Shown one piece after another: positions 1-8,866 of a stretch of DNA of 64,000 bases (positions are counted from its first letter, which is position 1; each line of letters begins with the position of its first letter). Under the pieces are notes generated by a model, which ran no database searches, was not told where the DNA came from, and saw only the letters and a list, made by a program, of their open reading frames with translations. A program made the position numbers and the translations under genes. The stretch lies in the NCBI GenBank assembly GCA_009903795.1, contig WYER01000031.1:40080-104079 (forward strand), written 5' to 3'. Source of the DNA: Nitrososphaerota archaeon (GTDB lineage Archaea; Thermoproteota; Nitrososphaeria; Conexivisphaerales; UBA164).

Positions 1-1
1 G

Positions 2-193
2 GACGCTCACGGTGGATGCACTGGGGTGGATGCTGAAACTTTGCAAGACCCTGTGCTTAACCGTTATAACATGCTTTACTTGTATTATTGCAAGAACGGG
101 GCTTTGGCTTTTGTTTGTTCTGTTTGCAGGCTTTGTTTTTCTTCTTTAGAAAGTGCAGTAGAACATTTCAAAAAAGCGCACGGTTTGAAGTGA
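2..193 (+). CDS. 3' end of an ORF open at the window edge; small C2H2 zinc-finger protein (could also start at ATG 71)
   Basis: My own translation ends ...YYCKNGALAFVCSVCRLCFSSLESAVEHFKKAHGLK, stop at 191-193. Spacing is C-x2-C-x12-H-x4-H. Not in the ORF track. Confidence 0.3.
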   Translation, partial: DAHGGCTGVDAETLQDPVLNRYNMLYLYYCKNGALAFVCSVCRLCFSSLESAVEHFKKAHGLK

Positions 194-199
194 ATTATT

Positions 200-660
200 T
201 CAGAACCTTATGGAAACGCCTGAGCTTCCTTCTCGCGGTATGAAGGGTTCAACGACTCTTGCGAGTTGTTGTGCGGTTGTCGTGTGCAAATAAACGCGTC
301 CTGGTCCCTCTATTTCAACGAAGAACCATCCTTCGTGAGCAAAAAGCATCGACTTTATTCCTCCGACTTTTGAAATTCCGTAATTCATGTTTCCATCAAA
401 TGCAAGCAGGTGTCCTGCTTCAACCTGTATCCTTTCGCCTGGCTTAAGATCTTTCACTATGAGCCCTCCGTAAGCATGGAGAAAGACCTTACCGTATCCT
501 GAAAATTTTGCGAGGAAAAGACCTTCTCCTGCTAGTATTCCTGCACCGAGTTTTGCCATTTGTGAATCGTACTTCACGCTAGACTCCATTGCGAGAAAAG
601 AATGCGACTCGGCAAGGAGCGAAGATGTTCCGTTTAGTTCGACAGGAAAGATCTTTCCTG
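200..660 (-). pseudogene. C-terminal fragment of an AIM24/DUF124 (TIGR00266-like) gene split by an IS
   Basis: AGKIFPVELNG...GEGLFLAKFSGYGKVFLHAYGGL...GERIQVEAGHLLAFD...GPGRVYL pattern. Abuts the IS right end at 661. Confidence 0.55.
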
Positions 661-880
661 CTGACATCCTCCCCGCCTTAAAGGGCTAGCGTTCCTTCAA
701 GGCGAATCATAGGTTTGTGGTTTACCGCCTTCATCTTCATTGCTTCATAGCTAGCAGGTGCGAATCGCACCCACCCCGCTCTGTTCGTCCAGCGGTAGAC
801 CACGGGCTGTGCCTTCAGCCACTTACCCCTATCCTTAACGGACTCGGGGATATGTAGAATGTTTATTGCTCCGTTCAGAT
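661..880 (-). ncRNA. predicted omega/reRNA scaffold of IS copy 1 (tnpB 3' end plus right end)
   Basis: Placement follows known TnpB biology. This same segment is the part retained in the tnpB-less mini-element at 53579-53873. The 5' boundary is a guess. Confidence 0.4.
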
Positions 881-1940
881 CAGCGTTTATTACCTTCCCT
901 GTGTGAGGACACTTAAACAAGCCTCTTTTAATCCTTCCTTTTTCGTGAATTTCCCCACACAGGGAACACGTCTTAGATGTATTTTCCTCATCCACAAGCT
1001 TAACCTTTATTTTGTATTCTTGTGCAACATACTTGATTCGCTTTATTATTGCAAGATAGCTCCAAAAGTTTGTATTTCTTTCGTTTCCTTTATTACGAGC
1101 TATTCCCTTTGGATAGCCGATGTATATTTCCCCTACACCTTTATCGTAGAGGGATTCTACGATTTCCCTTGCTAGTCCTTCTCTAGCGTTCTTCAGCAAA
1201 AGAGAACGCTTTTTGTATAACATTTCAAGCTTCCTGCTAGTTTTCAAGCCGTGCCTTGCAAGCCTCTTCTTTTCCTTAGCAATGCGCTTGCTCAACTTCT
1301 TGAATTCTGAAAGCACTGAACCTCCTTTGAAGATCATCCACGAGCCATCTTGAACGGCAACGGTTGCAAGGTTTACAACGCCTAGGTCTATGCCCACCTT
1401 CATTTTACCTTTTGGTTTATTATTTATTTTTACACTCACAGGAATCCTTGCGTACCACTTTTTCCTTGCATTATCGTAAAATATCTCAAGGGTCCCTTGC
1501 TTGCCTACCCACTTAAGCTTGCCATTGAACTTGAGCCTCAGGTTGAAATCCATGAGGAATATTTCGTTTCCTTCAATCTTGTACCTGTCGTTTCTAATCA
1601 AAAGAAACAAATCATCTTTCTTTTTATGTGGAGGCTTTGGCTTCATCCACTTAGGTAATTCACCTTCTTTCTTCTTTTTGCTTAGCTCGAAAAAAGATTT
1701 CCATGCAGAAGCGTTCTTTCGCGTTACTTGCGCTACGTTTGCCCCGTGCAATACAGCCTTATATTTTTCATAAACGACTTTTTCTGTTTTATTAAAATCT
1801 ACAGGCTTGTGCTTTTTGTATTGTTCAAGCCTTAACTTATTCACTTCGTTCCAGCAATCAACGAATGCCTTTCCGAGAGCCTTTAGTTTAGCTTTTGTTT
1901 CTTTTCCTGCAATGATGCGCACCGTGTTTGATCGACGCAA
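678..1940 (-). CDS. tnpB: TnpB (RNA-guided nuclease / IS605 OrfB family)
   Basis: 420 aa. [11 protein letters not shown] (RuvC-I), GEIYIGYP (candidate RuvC-II Glu), TSKTCSLCG...FKCPHTG zinc-ribbon region, [11 protein letters not shown] (RuvC-III). Confidence 0.9.
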   Translation of the reverse strand: MRRSNTVRIIAGKETKAKLKALGKAFVDCWNEVNKLRLEQYKKHKPVDFNKTEKVVYEKYKAVLHGANVAQVTRKNASAWKSFFELSKKKKEGELPKWMKPKPPHKKKDDLFLLIRNDRYKIEGNEIFLMDFNLRLKFNGKLKWVGKQGTLEIFYDNARKKWYARIPVSVKINNKPKGKMKVGIDLGVVNLATVAVQDGSWMIFKGGSVLSEFKKLSKRIAKEKKRLARHGLKTSRKLEMLYKKRSLLLKNAREGLAREIVESLYDKGVGEIYIGYPKGIARNKGNERNTNFWSYLAIIKRIKYVAQEYKIKVKLVDEENTSKTCSLCGEIHEKGRIKRGLFKCPHTGKVINADLNGAINILHIPESVKDRGKWLKAQPVVYRWTNRAGWVRFAPASYEAMKMKAVNHKPMIRLEGTLAL

Positions 1941-2060
1941 GCTTCTGTTATTTTATCCTAATTAAAGTATATAAATACTTTAGCCTTTTTCATGAGAAAC
2001 ACGTTAGCAAAGTATTTCAGCATCCCCGCCTCTAGAAGAGGCGAGGCTTTCGTTCGTTTT

Positions 2061-2230
2061 GTTAGCTCTGATACAAAGAACGTTGAACCTGTCAATGCTC
2101 TTTTCAATCCTGAAAGAAAGCCTCCCTGCAAGATTGTGTTGAACCCAACGTTTTTTTCCTTTGAAATGAGATGTCCTGAGTCAGCATAGATTTTTTCGCC
2201 TGAAGCAAGCGCGACTTTTAGGTATTGCAT
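2061..2230 (-). pseudogene. N-terminal fragment of the AIM24/DUF124 gene
   Basis: MQYLKVALASGEKIYADSGHLIS...GGFLSGLKRALTGSTFFVSEL, then reads into the IS left end ([15 protein letters not shown] is IS-encoded and is also seen at the trpB junction). Confidence 0.55.
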
Positions 2231-2390
2231 GTCTGCTCCTTCAATATTGAATGAAACCGTTTTTCTTCACCTCGCGTTTGTTATAGGAAAAGCATTAAAA
2301 AACGCGATTTGTGTTTGTTTTAGGTTTTTTTCAAAAAATAATTTATTTTATGGAACGCTTTCGGGAAAGTGCTTGAAAGTGTTAGTGGGT

Positions 2391-2828
2391 TTATACTCCG
2401 ATTACGGTTACGGATGTTGAAACTTGTCCTCCGCTATATGTTGCTGTCACGTAAACTGTAAAGGTTTGTCCTGGCTGATAAGTGTATCCTGAAGCGCTGA
2501 GTGAAATAGGAGATATTGCTACTGTTTGTCCTGGGTTTATGTTTCCTGAATAGCTTCCTGTCCCGACCGATTGCCCGTTGTAATATATTGTCACTGAAAT
2601 GCTTGTTAGAGTATATGTTCCTGTGTTCTTTACTGTTATAAATGCCTGATCATTCGCTATTGTCGAGTATTGTATAGAAATTCCAGCCGTGTATCCTATC
2701 GTGTTCATTCTAGTGAAGAGGACGTTGTAAACTACAATGCCTGCTATGATTGTGATGCCTATTATGATGAGTGCGGAAAGTAGTTCTCCAATCCCTCTTT
2801 TCTTTTTAGTCATAAACTTTGTTTGCAT
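2391..2828 (-). CDS. type IV pilin-like protein (archaeal class III signal peptide)
   Basis: MQTKFMTKKKRG-IGELLSALIIIGITIIAGIVVYNV. T/A box tttttaaa 20 nt upstream of the ATG. Confidence 0.7.
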   Translation of the reverse strand: MQTKFMTKKKRGIGELLSALIIIGITIIAGIVVYNVLFTRMNTIGYTAGISIQYSTIANDQAFITVKNTGTYTLTSISVTIYYNGQSVGTGSYSGNINPGQTVAISPISLSASGYTYQPGQTFTVYVTATYSGGQVSTSVTVIGV

Positions 2829-2944
2829 GATTTTTTATACCAAGGGAATTTAAAAACACACGACCAGCTGGCTTGTTCTTTGCAAAAACTATTCTGCGAA
2901 CGTGAGAAGTTTTCGGTTTATAAATGCTTTTTGAATTAAGATTC

Positions 2945-3172
2945 ATGAGCAAATTTTTTGATGTGTTAAAGGGGCTTGAGGGAAAAAGCGTTTTAATTAG
3001 ACTAAGGAACGGTCTTGAAGCGCGCGGGAAAGCTGTAATGATTGATCCTCCAACAATGAATGTTTTGCTGAACGATGCTGATTTAAAAAATGCTGATGGA
3101 TCTGACTCAGAGCATTTCGGTGTGTTAATCATTCGCGGGGATCAGGTAAGTCTTCTCGCGCCTTTGTCCTGA
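2945..3172 (+). CDS. Sm-like (LSm/SmAP) protein
   Basis: GKSVLIRLRNGLEARGKAVMIDPPTMNVLLNDA...GVLIIRGDQV. Start moved from 2924 to ATG 2945, which lies 20 nt after tttataaa (2917-2924). Confidence 0.6.
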   Translation: MSKFFDVLKGLEGKSVLIRLRNGLEARGKAVMIDPPTMNVLLNDADLKNADGSDSEHFGVLIIRGDQVSLLAPLS

Positions 3173-3252
3173 AATTTCTCGAAAGCTTTTTGAATTTTTT
3201 TGGATTTAGAACGTTGTTTTTGGTTTTTAAAGGGGTTTAGTATTTATTCACG

Positions 3253-3789
3253 ATGGCGCACGCAACTCTTGTTTCAAAAGGAACTCACGGGCATACTAGG
3301 AAAGCGATAAGCCCCATAATCGCGACAATAATTCTTATTGTAATTACTGTCGCGATTGGAGGTCTTCTGTACGCCTACGCTTCTGGGATGTTCGGTAGCA
3401 TGAGCACTTCCGAAGACGTGAACATTCAGACTACTCTTACAATACCTCCAGGATCTAGTTATGCGACGTGGACTGTTAGCGTAAAGGACACAGGAACTGT
3501 GGCAATAACTGGCATACAGGCTACTTTGTATAGTTCTTCAGGTAGTGCCATAGCTCAGATTTCAGGAGGTTCTGCAAGCTCTTCTTCATCTTCATCATCT
3601 TCAAGCGTTCCTACAGGTTCATTCCAGGCTCTCCCAGTTTCTCCAGGACAAACTGCTTCTGGTTCTGTAATGGGCATTTCCTCAAGTAATGTGATTGCAG
3701 GTTCTTCATACACTTATCAGATAATTATAACATTCGCTAACGGCGTACAGAAGACATACACAGGGGCTGTAACTGCTGAGTCCTACTAG
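3253..3789 (+). CDS. type IV pilin-like protein with a Ser10 tract
   Basis: ...HTRKAISPIIATIILIVITVAIGGLLYAY. tttttaaa at 3224-3231, 21 nt before the ATG. Ser10 run encoded at 3577-3606. Confidence 0.7.
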   Translation: MAHATLVSKGTHGHTRKAISPIIATIILIVITVAIGGLLYAYASGMFGSMSTSEDVNIQTTLTIPPGSSYATWTVSVKDTGTVAITGIQATLYSSSGSAIAQISGGSASSSSSSSSSSVPTGSFQALPVSPGQTASGSVMGISSSNVIAGSSYTYQIIITFANGVQKTYTGAVTAESY

Positions 3790-3892
3790 AACCGTCTCGA
3801 ATTGTCCCCAGCTTTGTGCTGGGGCTTTTTAAAGCGGGGATCCGTGAACCGCTCTATTTTTTTGTTTTTAAAGCGCTTTGTTATTTGAAAGC

Positions 3893-4312
3893 ATGAAACA
3901 AAAAGCGATTTCAGAAGTTTTAGCAGTTTTAATCTTAGTTGTTATTTCAATGGTTGTCGGAGCGTTGTTTTACGCCTACGTTTCTTCAATGTTCACTCAG
4001 CTCGCGCCTGTGGATGAAGCGTTTGTTTCGGTTGAAGGATTAACGCCTCCTCAGTCTACCCGAACGTTCTTCACTTTCACGGTAAAAGACGTCGGGACTG
4101 CTTCAATCGTTAAGGTGCATTTTGTCGTGAACACGCCTTCGCCTATTTCAACGAGCGCTTTTTCCTATCCTATTGCTCCAGGGCAGGAAGAAAATTTGGT
4201 TCTTAATGTTTCGTATATTTCGCCTGGTTTGTCTTTCACTTATACTGCGAGTGTTTTGTTCTCTAACGGCGTGAACAAAACTTATTCGGGAACGGTAACA
4301 ATTCAGTCTTGA
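3893..4312 (+). CDS. type IV pilin-like protein
   Basis: MKQKAISEVLAVLILVVISMVVGALFYAY. Start moved from TTG 3878 to ATG 3893, 20 nt after tttttaaa (3865-3872). Confidence 0.7.
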   Translation: MKQKAISEVLAVLILVVISMVVGALFYAYVSSMFTQLAPVDEAFVSVEGLTPPQSTRTFFTFTVKDVGTASIVKVHFVVNTPSPISTSAFSYPIAPGQEENLVLNVSYISPGLSFTYTASVLFSNGVNKTYSGTVTIQS

Positions 4313-4341
4313 GTTTTTAAAAGCTCTTTATATTTAAAAGC

Positions 4342-6255
4342 ATGAAACTTTCGCTTGGCTGGAGGATTTACTTTGCATTAGTGGGACCTTTAGTTGCGGT
4401 TGCATTTTTCGGTTTGATTGTGATACGAAACGGTTTAGCTCTTAATAATACTTTTGAAGGTCTTTTAGGCGCTTTCATTACGGGTTCTGCAATCGGGCTT
4501 CTGATAGGAGGCTTTGGTTACTACTATGAAGAAATGAAAGGACAAACGATAAGGCTTCCGAAAGTAAAGGTTAAGACAGTAAAGCCGAAAGCGAAGAACC
4601 CGCGCATAGAAAAGCTTTCAAGAAAGCTGTTTCACGGGAAAGAAACAGAACTTTTGAAAGCGGGAATAAGCGAAACGCCCGCGAATTTCTATTATAAGTG
4701 GACGCAATACTTCGTGTATTCTATTATTGCTTCGGTTCCTGCAAGCTTTTTGCTCGCTTTTATTATGAAATCTCCATTGCCTTTGTTAGTTATCGCTTTT
4801 CCCTTTCTGATACTATTTTTTGCACCTTCATTTCAGGTTAAGAACGCTTCTTCAGAAAGGAGGAGAGGGCTTGAGGACGAGCTTCCTTTCTTTGCAATTT
4901 ACGCGACCGTTCTTGCTGATGCTGGCATTTCTTTGTACGAAGCATTCAGGAGGCTCATAGGTCAAGGGGTATTCAAGTGGATTGAGAAGGACGCGATTTA
5001 TTTGGTTAGGGCAGTGAAGTTTTTAGGCTTAGATCCTCTTACTGCTTTGGATTCGCTCGCTCACGATCATCCTTCAAAAGAAGAACGTGAGCTTATTTTC
5101 GGTTACACTTCTGAATTGAGGTCAGGAGGAGATGTCGCGCGTTATCTTCAGGATAAGTCTGAAGAACTTTTGAGGTGGCTTGAGTTTAGGTTTGAAAAGT
5201 ACGGGGATAGCGTTTCGGACATTGGGGAAATGATGACGGCTTTGTTCTTCATTTTGCCCGCAATGATCCTTGCGACGGCTTTCATTTCTCCTAACACTTC
5301 GATGACTACTGTGTGGCTTATGAACGCTCTCGTGATACCTATGTTAGGGGTCGTGATGGTTTTTCAGATTCGTGGGATGCAACCTAGGACTGCTGATCTT
5401 TATACAGGAAACCTTACGCTCGGGATAATTGCTGGTGCTGTAACTGTCGTGGTTCTTTTTATTGCTCACGCTCCTTTGTGGGCTTTGTTATCTGCAGGTC
5501 TTGTTTCAGGGTCTTTAGCTTATTCTATTCAAGTCTTCGTTCAAAAGAGGCTTGCTGATGAAGAAGAACATTCGATAGCTCCTTTCTTGAGGGACATTAC
5601 TGAATACAGGAAATCTGGATATACTTTGCCTAGAGCGATAGAAAAGCTCGCGAACGAAGGTAACTACGCGGAGAGTTTCAAGTCAACTTTGAAGAGCATT
5701 CACGCAAAGCTTAGTTTGGGTTTCAGGCTTTCTGATTTCAAAGCTGGGAGGTCTTGGATCGGCAGGCAGATCTTTTTCTTGTTAGGGCAGATTGAGGACA
5801 CGGGTGGAGGCAATCCTCGAGAGTTTGAAGCTGTTTATCGTTTTGCTGAGCGTTATACTTTTGCGAAAAGAACTGTTAGGAGCAGGATGAGGATTTACGA
5901 AATGCTTACTTTGTTCACGCCTGTGGGTCTCGCGCTCTTGATCTTTATAATGTCAGCTATGTTCACGTTTCTTAAGTTTCCTTCTTTCTCGTTTTCGGGT
6001 TCGATGGTTTCTGTTTCAAGCACGAGTTTAGGGTCTTATACTACTTTGCCTCCTCAGTTGTTCACGGCTTCTTACGTGATGGTTGTTGAAGCAGGGTTCT
6101 TTATGGCTCTCTCTTCGACTGTGGCTGTGGACTTTACTGTAAAGAACGTGTGGAGAGTCGCGCTCACTCTTATTCTTGCGTCGGCAACTATCTTCGTTCT
6201 TACAACGTTTGCTCCAGCTTTAGTCCCACATATTTTCCACGTTCCTTTTAGTTGA
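4342..6255 (+). CDS. TadC/FlaJ/PilC-like polytopic platform protein (two T2SS-F-like domains)
   Basis: 637 aa and many TM segments. Two cytoplasmic helical modules: ELPFFAIYATVLADAGISLYEAFRRL and IAPFLRDITEYRKSGYTLPRAIEKLA. Confidence 0.65.
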   Translation: MKLSLGWRIYFALVGPLVAVAFFGLIVIRNGLALNNTFEGLLGAFITGSAIGLLIGGFGYYYEEMKGQTIRLPKVKVKTVKPKAKNPRIEKLSRKLFHGKETELLKAGISETPANFYYKWTQYFVYSIIASVPASFLLAFIMKSPLPLLVIAFPFLILFFAPSFQVKNASSERRRGLEDELPFFAIYATVLADAGISLYEAFRRLIGQGVFKWIEKDAIYLVRAVKFLGLDPLTALDSLAHDHPSKEERELIFGYTSELRSGGDVARYLQDKSEELLRWLEFRFEKYGDSVSDIGEMMTALFFILPAMILATAFISPNTSMTTVWLMNALVIPMLGVVMVFQIRGMQPRTADLYTGNLTLGIIAGAVTVVVLFIAHAPLWALLSAGLVSGSLAYSIQVFVQKRLADEEEHSIAPFLRDITEYRKSGYTLPRAIEKLANEGNYAESFKSTLKSIHAKLSLGFRLSDFKAGRSWIGRQIFFLLGQIEDTGGGNPREFEAVYRFAERYTFAKRTVRSRMRIYEMLTLFTPVGLALLIFIMSAMFTFLKFPSFSFSGSMVSVSSTSLGSYTTLPPQLFTASYVMVVEAGFFMALSSTVAVDFTVKNVWRVALTLILASATIFVLTTFAPALVPHIFHVPFS

Positions 6256-6335
6256 ACTACCCCCGGGTAGTAACTACCCCTGGGTAGTAACTTTTGCTTT
6301 TTTTGGGTTTTTAAATGGGATTTGTATAATTTGGC

Positions 6336-6725
6336 ATGAGTGCTCCAACTACTGGGGTAGTGATGGAAAGAATAAAGCACCATCTTACAATACTTATTAT
6401 TCTTTTGCTCGTTCCTCTTTTCGTGAGTTTCATTATTTGGATAGTAGGTAGCGCTTTTGCAATGGGTGGAGGTGTAGCGCCTGGTGTGTTCTACGGGATT
6501 AAGCCTATTACTTCAGCTCCTAATTATACTATTCCTCAAGGCGTTGCATACCTTTGGATTGCCTCTCCTTCAAACGGTGGAATCTCTTCAAGCCCTGCGT
6601 TTCCTTCTGTAGCAATAACGATAATAAACGGTCTGCTCTATGTGATCGCAATAGGAGGCGCTATCTTCGAAGGCTTTGAACTCATTGTCGCATTAGCTTC
6701 AGCACAAACAAGATACTCATACTAA
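6336..6725 (+). CDS. small membrane protein (N- and C-terminal hydrophobic helices)
   Basis: 129 aa. T/A box 21 nt upstream. No recognisable family. Confidence 0.4.
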   Translation: MSAPTTGVVMERIKHHLTILIILLLVPLFVSFIIWIVGSAFAMGGGVAPGVFYGIKPITSAPNYTIPQGVAYLWIASPSNGGISSSPAFPSVAITIINGLLYVIAIGGAIFEGFELIVALASAQTRYSY

Positions 6726-6764
6726 GCCTTTCAGAAACGCGTGAAGAAAAAGAGAAACCTTATT

Positions 6765-7241
6765 TTACGTTTTTGAACGTTTTTGCGCGATTAATAATTT
6801 GATTAAGGCATCAAGCTTGTGGTAAAGGTCTTCTACTGTCCCTTCGTTTTGCAAAAGAACGTCGTAAGGCAAATCGTCTTCGTTTGAGGGGTCGAGGCGC
6901 ACTACGAGAAACCCGAGCGATTTTACGGCGCCGTAATCATTACGCCACCGTAAATCATCTATCACAATGTCAGCATCTTTCGGAAGCATTTCAATTTTTC
7001 GCGTAACGTATTTTATCCAAACGTTGGGGTCTATTTCGCGCAATTTTTCGTGCAAGGCTTGAATAAGGTCTTGAGGCTTTTCTCCTTTTTCAAAGCGCTC
7101 GGGGAAGAATTCGTGCGCAAATTCAATTAGCTTTCCCGTGAAAGAAATTTTAACAAACCCGTAAGTTCTCAAGAGGTAGTTTGCCGAAGTTGTCTTTCCA
7201 GAACGCGATTTTCCTGCGAATGCGATCCGGAGCCCGTACAT
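6765..7241 (-). CDS. P-loop kinase, dNMP-kinase-like (paralog 1)
   Basis: MYGLRIAFAGKSRSGKTT (Walker A) ... IVIDDLRWRNDY. Start moved from TTG 7250 to ATG 7241, 21 nt after the T/A box. Paralogous to 7527-8030. Confidence 0.5.
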   Translation of the reverse strand: MYGLRIAFAGKSRSGKTTSANYLLRTYGFVKISFTGKLIEFAHEFFPERFEKGEKPQDLIQALHEKLREIDPNVWIKYVTRKIEMLPKDADIVIDDLRWRNDYGAVKSLGFLVVRLDPSNEDDLPYDVLLQNEGTVEDLYHKLDALIKLLIAQKRSKT

Positions 7242-7276
7242 GTTTTTCAATGTGAAAGCGCTTTAAAAACGTAAAG

Positions 7277-7534
7277 TCAGTCTTCGTCAAGGTTCAAAAA
7301 GTGCAACGCTTCGCTCAATAATTGCAGGTTCTTTGTTTGTAAGTATTCGTCCGTTGTGTCTAGCAAAATGTCGATTAAGAGGTCGAGTCCAAGGTCTGCA
7401 CCTGTTTCTGCAAAGTGCTGTAAGATAAGGATTGCTCCTTCAACGAATTTGCGAAACTGTTTGTTCTTTTCGTGTTCGGACGCTTCTTTCATGTACTGTA
7501 TCGCTTCTTCTAAAGAAAGTTCACTTTCAATCAT
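7277..7534 (-). CDS. hypothetical acidic helical protein
   Basis: 85 aa ORF. Its start overlaps the stop of the upstream paralog by 8 nt (operon-like). Confidence 0.35.
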   Translation of the reverse strand: MIESELSLEEAIQYMKEASEHEKNKQFRKFVEGAILILQHFAETGADLGLDLLIDILLDTTDEYLQTKNLQLLSEALHFLNLDED

Positions 7535-8030
7535 TTTTACTCAGCATCTCCACGATTTTGTCAAGTTCCGCGTAAAGGTTCTCAAAGGTGCTCGTGTTAT
7601 AAATTATCCAGTCGTAGGGCATTTTGTCTACTTCGAGTTCACTTTGATGATTTGAGAAAGGTGAAGGTGGAACGTTTCTTATAATGCGGACTACGAAAAA
7701 TCCTTCGTTCTTCAAAGCTTTGTATTCGTTTAAGAAGCGTAAGTCGTCTATTGTAATGTTTGTTTCTTTCGGGAGGCTTTTGATTTCTCGCAGAACGTAT
7801 TTTACCCAAACGTCTTCATCTATTTCTCGCATTTTGATGCCTAGGTCTTGAAGTAATTTTCGCGGTTTCTCTCCTGACTCAAATTGCTCGGGAAACAGAT
7901 CGCGTGCTATTTCTTTGAGTTTGTCCGCGAATGCGAGCTTAACAAAACCGTATTTGAGAACTAGGTAGGTTGCTGAGGTTGTTTTTCCAACCTGCATTTT
8001 TCCCGAGAACGCAATTCTAAGCCCTTGCAT
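7527..8030 (-). CDS. P-loop kinase, dNMP-kinase-like (paralog 2)
   Basis: MQGLRIAFSGKMQVGKTT ... ITIDDLRFLNEY. T/A box 20 nt upstream. Confidence 0.5.
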   Translation of the reverse strand: MQGLRIAFSGKMQVGKTTSATYLVLKYGFVKLAFADKLKEIARDLFPEQFESGEKPRKLLQDLGIKMREIDEDVWVKYVLREIKSLPKETNITIDDLRFLNEYKALKNEGFFVVRIIRNVPPSPFSNHQSELEVDKMPYDWIIYNTSTFENLYAELDKIVEMLSKND

Positions 8031-8087
8031 GTTTTTTGATGCAAAAGAAATTTAAAAGTCAAAGGCAAACCTTTCAGAACATAATAA

Positions 8088-8771
8088 TTACTTAGTGTTC
8101 AATTTTGTTTCGCATTTGTGTTTCCGTAAGCGTTCAAAAATGCTTTTTTTAATTGCGTCTTTTTGTGAATAAATCTTACCAGAAAAATGTTCATAATATT
8201 TTATAATCACGCTTGGAGAACTGGAGTCAATTGGAATATAACCGAGATATTTTACTGCCTCTTCTAGAGACGGGGTATCAACTTTATCAAAGTCAACATA
8301 AACTTTTCCTTGAAATTCTATAAAGTCGTACAACGGTTCGGGTAATTCAACACCTAATAAAACAAAGAGGTATGCAATCGAAACCTTTATTGCTTGTATG
8401 CCAGTGTCATGCGATATTGAAGAATGCCACAAATGTTTATACTTTTCATAAAGTTGGCAAATTTCTTTTCTTTGCTGTTTTTTGTCTTTTTTCAAAAACA
8501 CATAAACGTCTTCAAAAAACTTGAGTTGTATCTTATCTCTAATACTATCTGATTTTTCGCGCGCTACATTCATTAAACAGTCGGCATACTCACTTGATGA
8601 AAACAATGCGCTATGCAATGTTATTAAAAAGTATCCTTCATACGTGTCTACAAGTTCTTTATGTTCACAAAAAAGTTTGTAATGTTCTTCGTTTATTTTT
8701 TTGGAGAAATAAAAAGGTGTGTTTTGTTCTTTGTAATCTTCGCTCATGAACGTATTGTTAGCCTTTTGCAT
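8088..8771 (-). CDS. hypothetical protein
   Basis: 227 aa ORF with a T/A box upstream. No motif recognised. Confidence 0.4.
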   Translation of the reverse strand: MQKANNTFMSEDYKEQNTPFYFSKKINEEHYKLFCEHKELVDTYEGYFLITLHSALFSSSEYADCLMNVAREKSDSIRDKIQLKFFEDVYVFLKKDKKQQRKEICQLYEKYKHLWHSSISHDTGIQAIKVSIAYLFVLLGVELPEPLYDFIEFQGKVYVDFDKVDTPSLEEAVKYLGYIPIDSSSPSVIIKYYEHFSGKIYSQKDAIKKSIFERLRKHKCETKLNTK

Positions 8772-8866
8772 GTTTTTTGATGAAAAAATACTTTAAAAAG
8801 TAAAAAAGCGTGCAAAATGAAAGAAAATATCAGGGGTGCTACAAGGTATCAGGGGTAATACAGTCG

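Larger units (their letters stand above)
661..2060 (-). mobile_element. IS200/IS605-family element, tnpB-only (IS1341-like), copy 1
   Basis: Left-end hairpin cctcgcctc-ttcta-gaggcgggg preceded by aaaacgaacgaaag. Right end is ...cctttaaggcggggaggatgtcag. About 1.4 kb, with near-collinear similarity to the copy at 43556-43953 extended to 44953. No tnpA. Confidence 0.85.
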
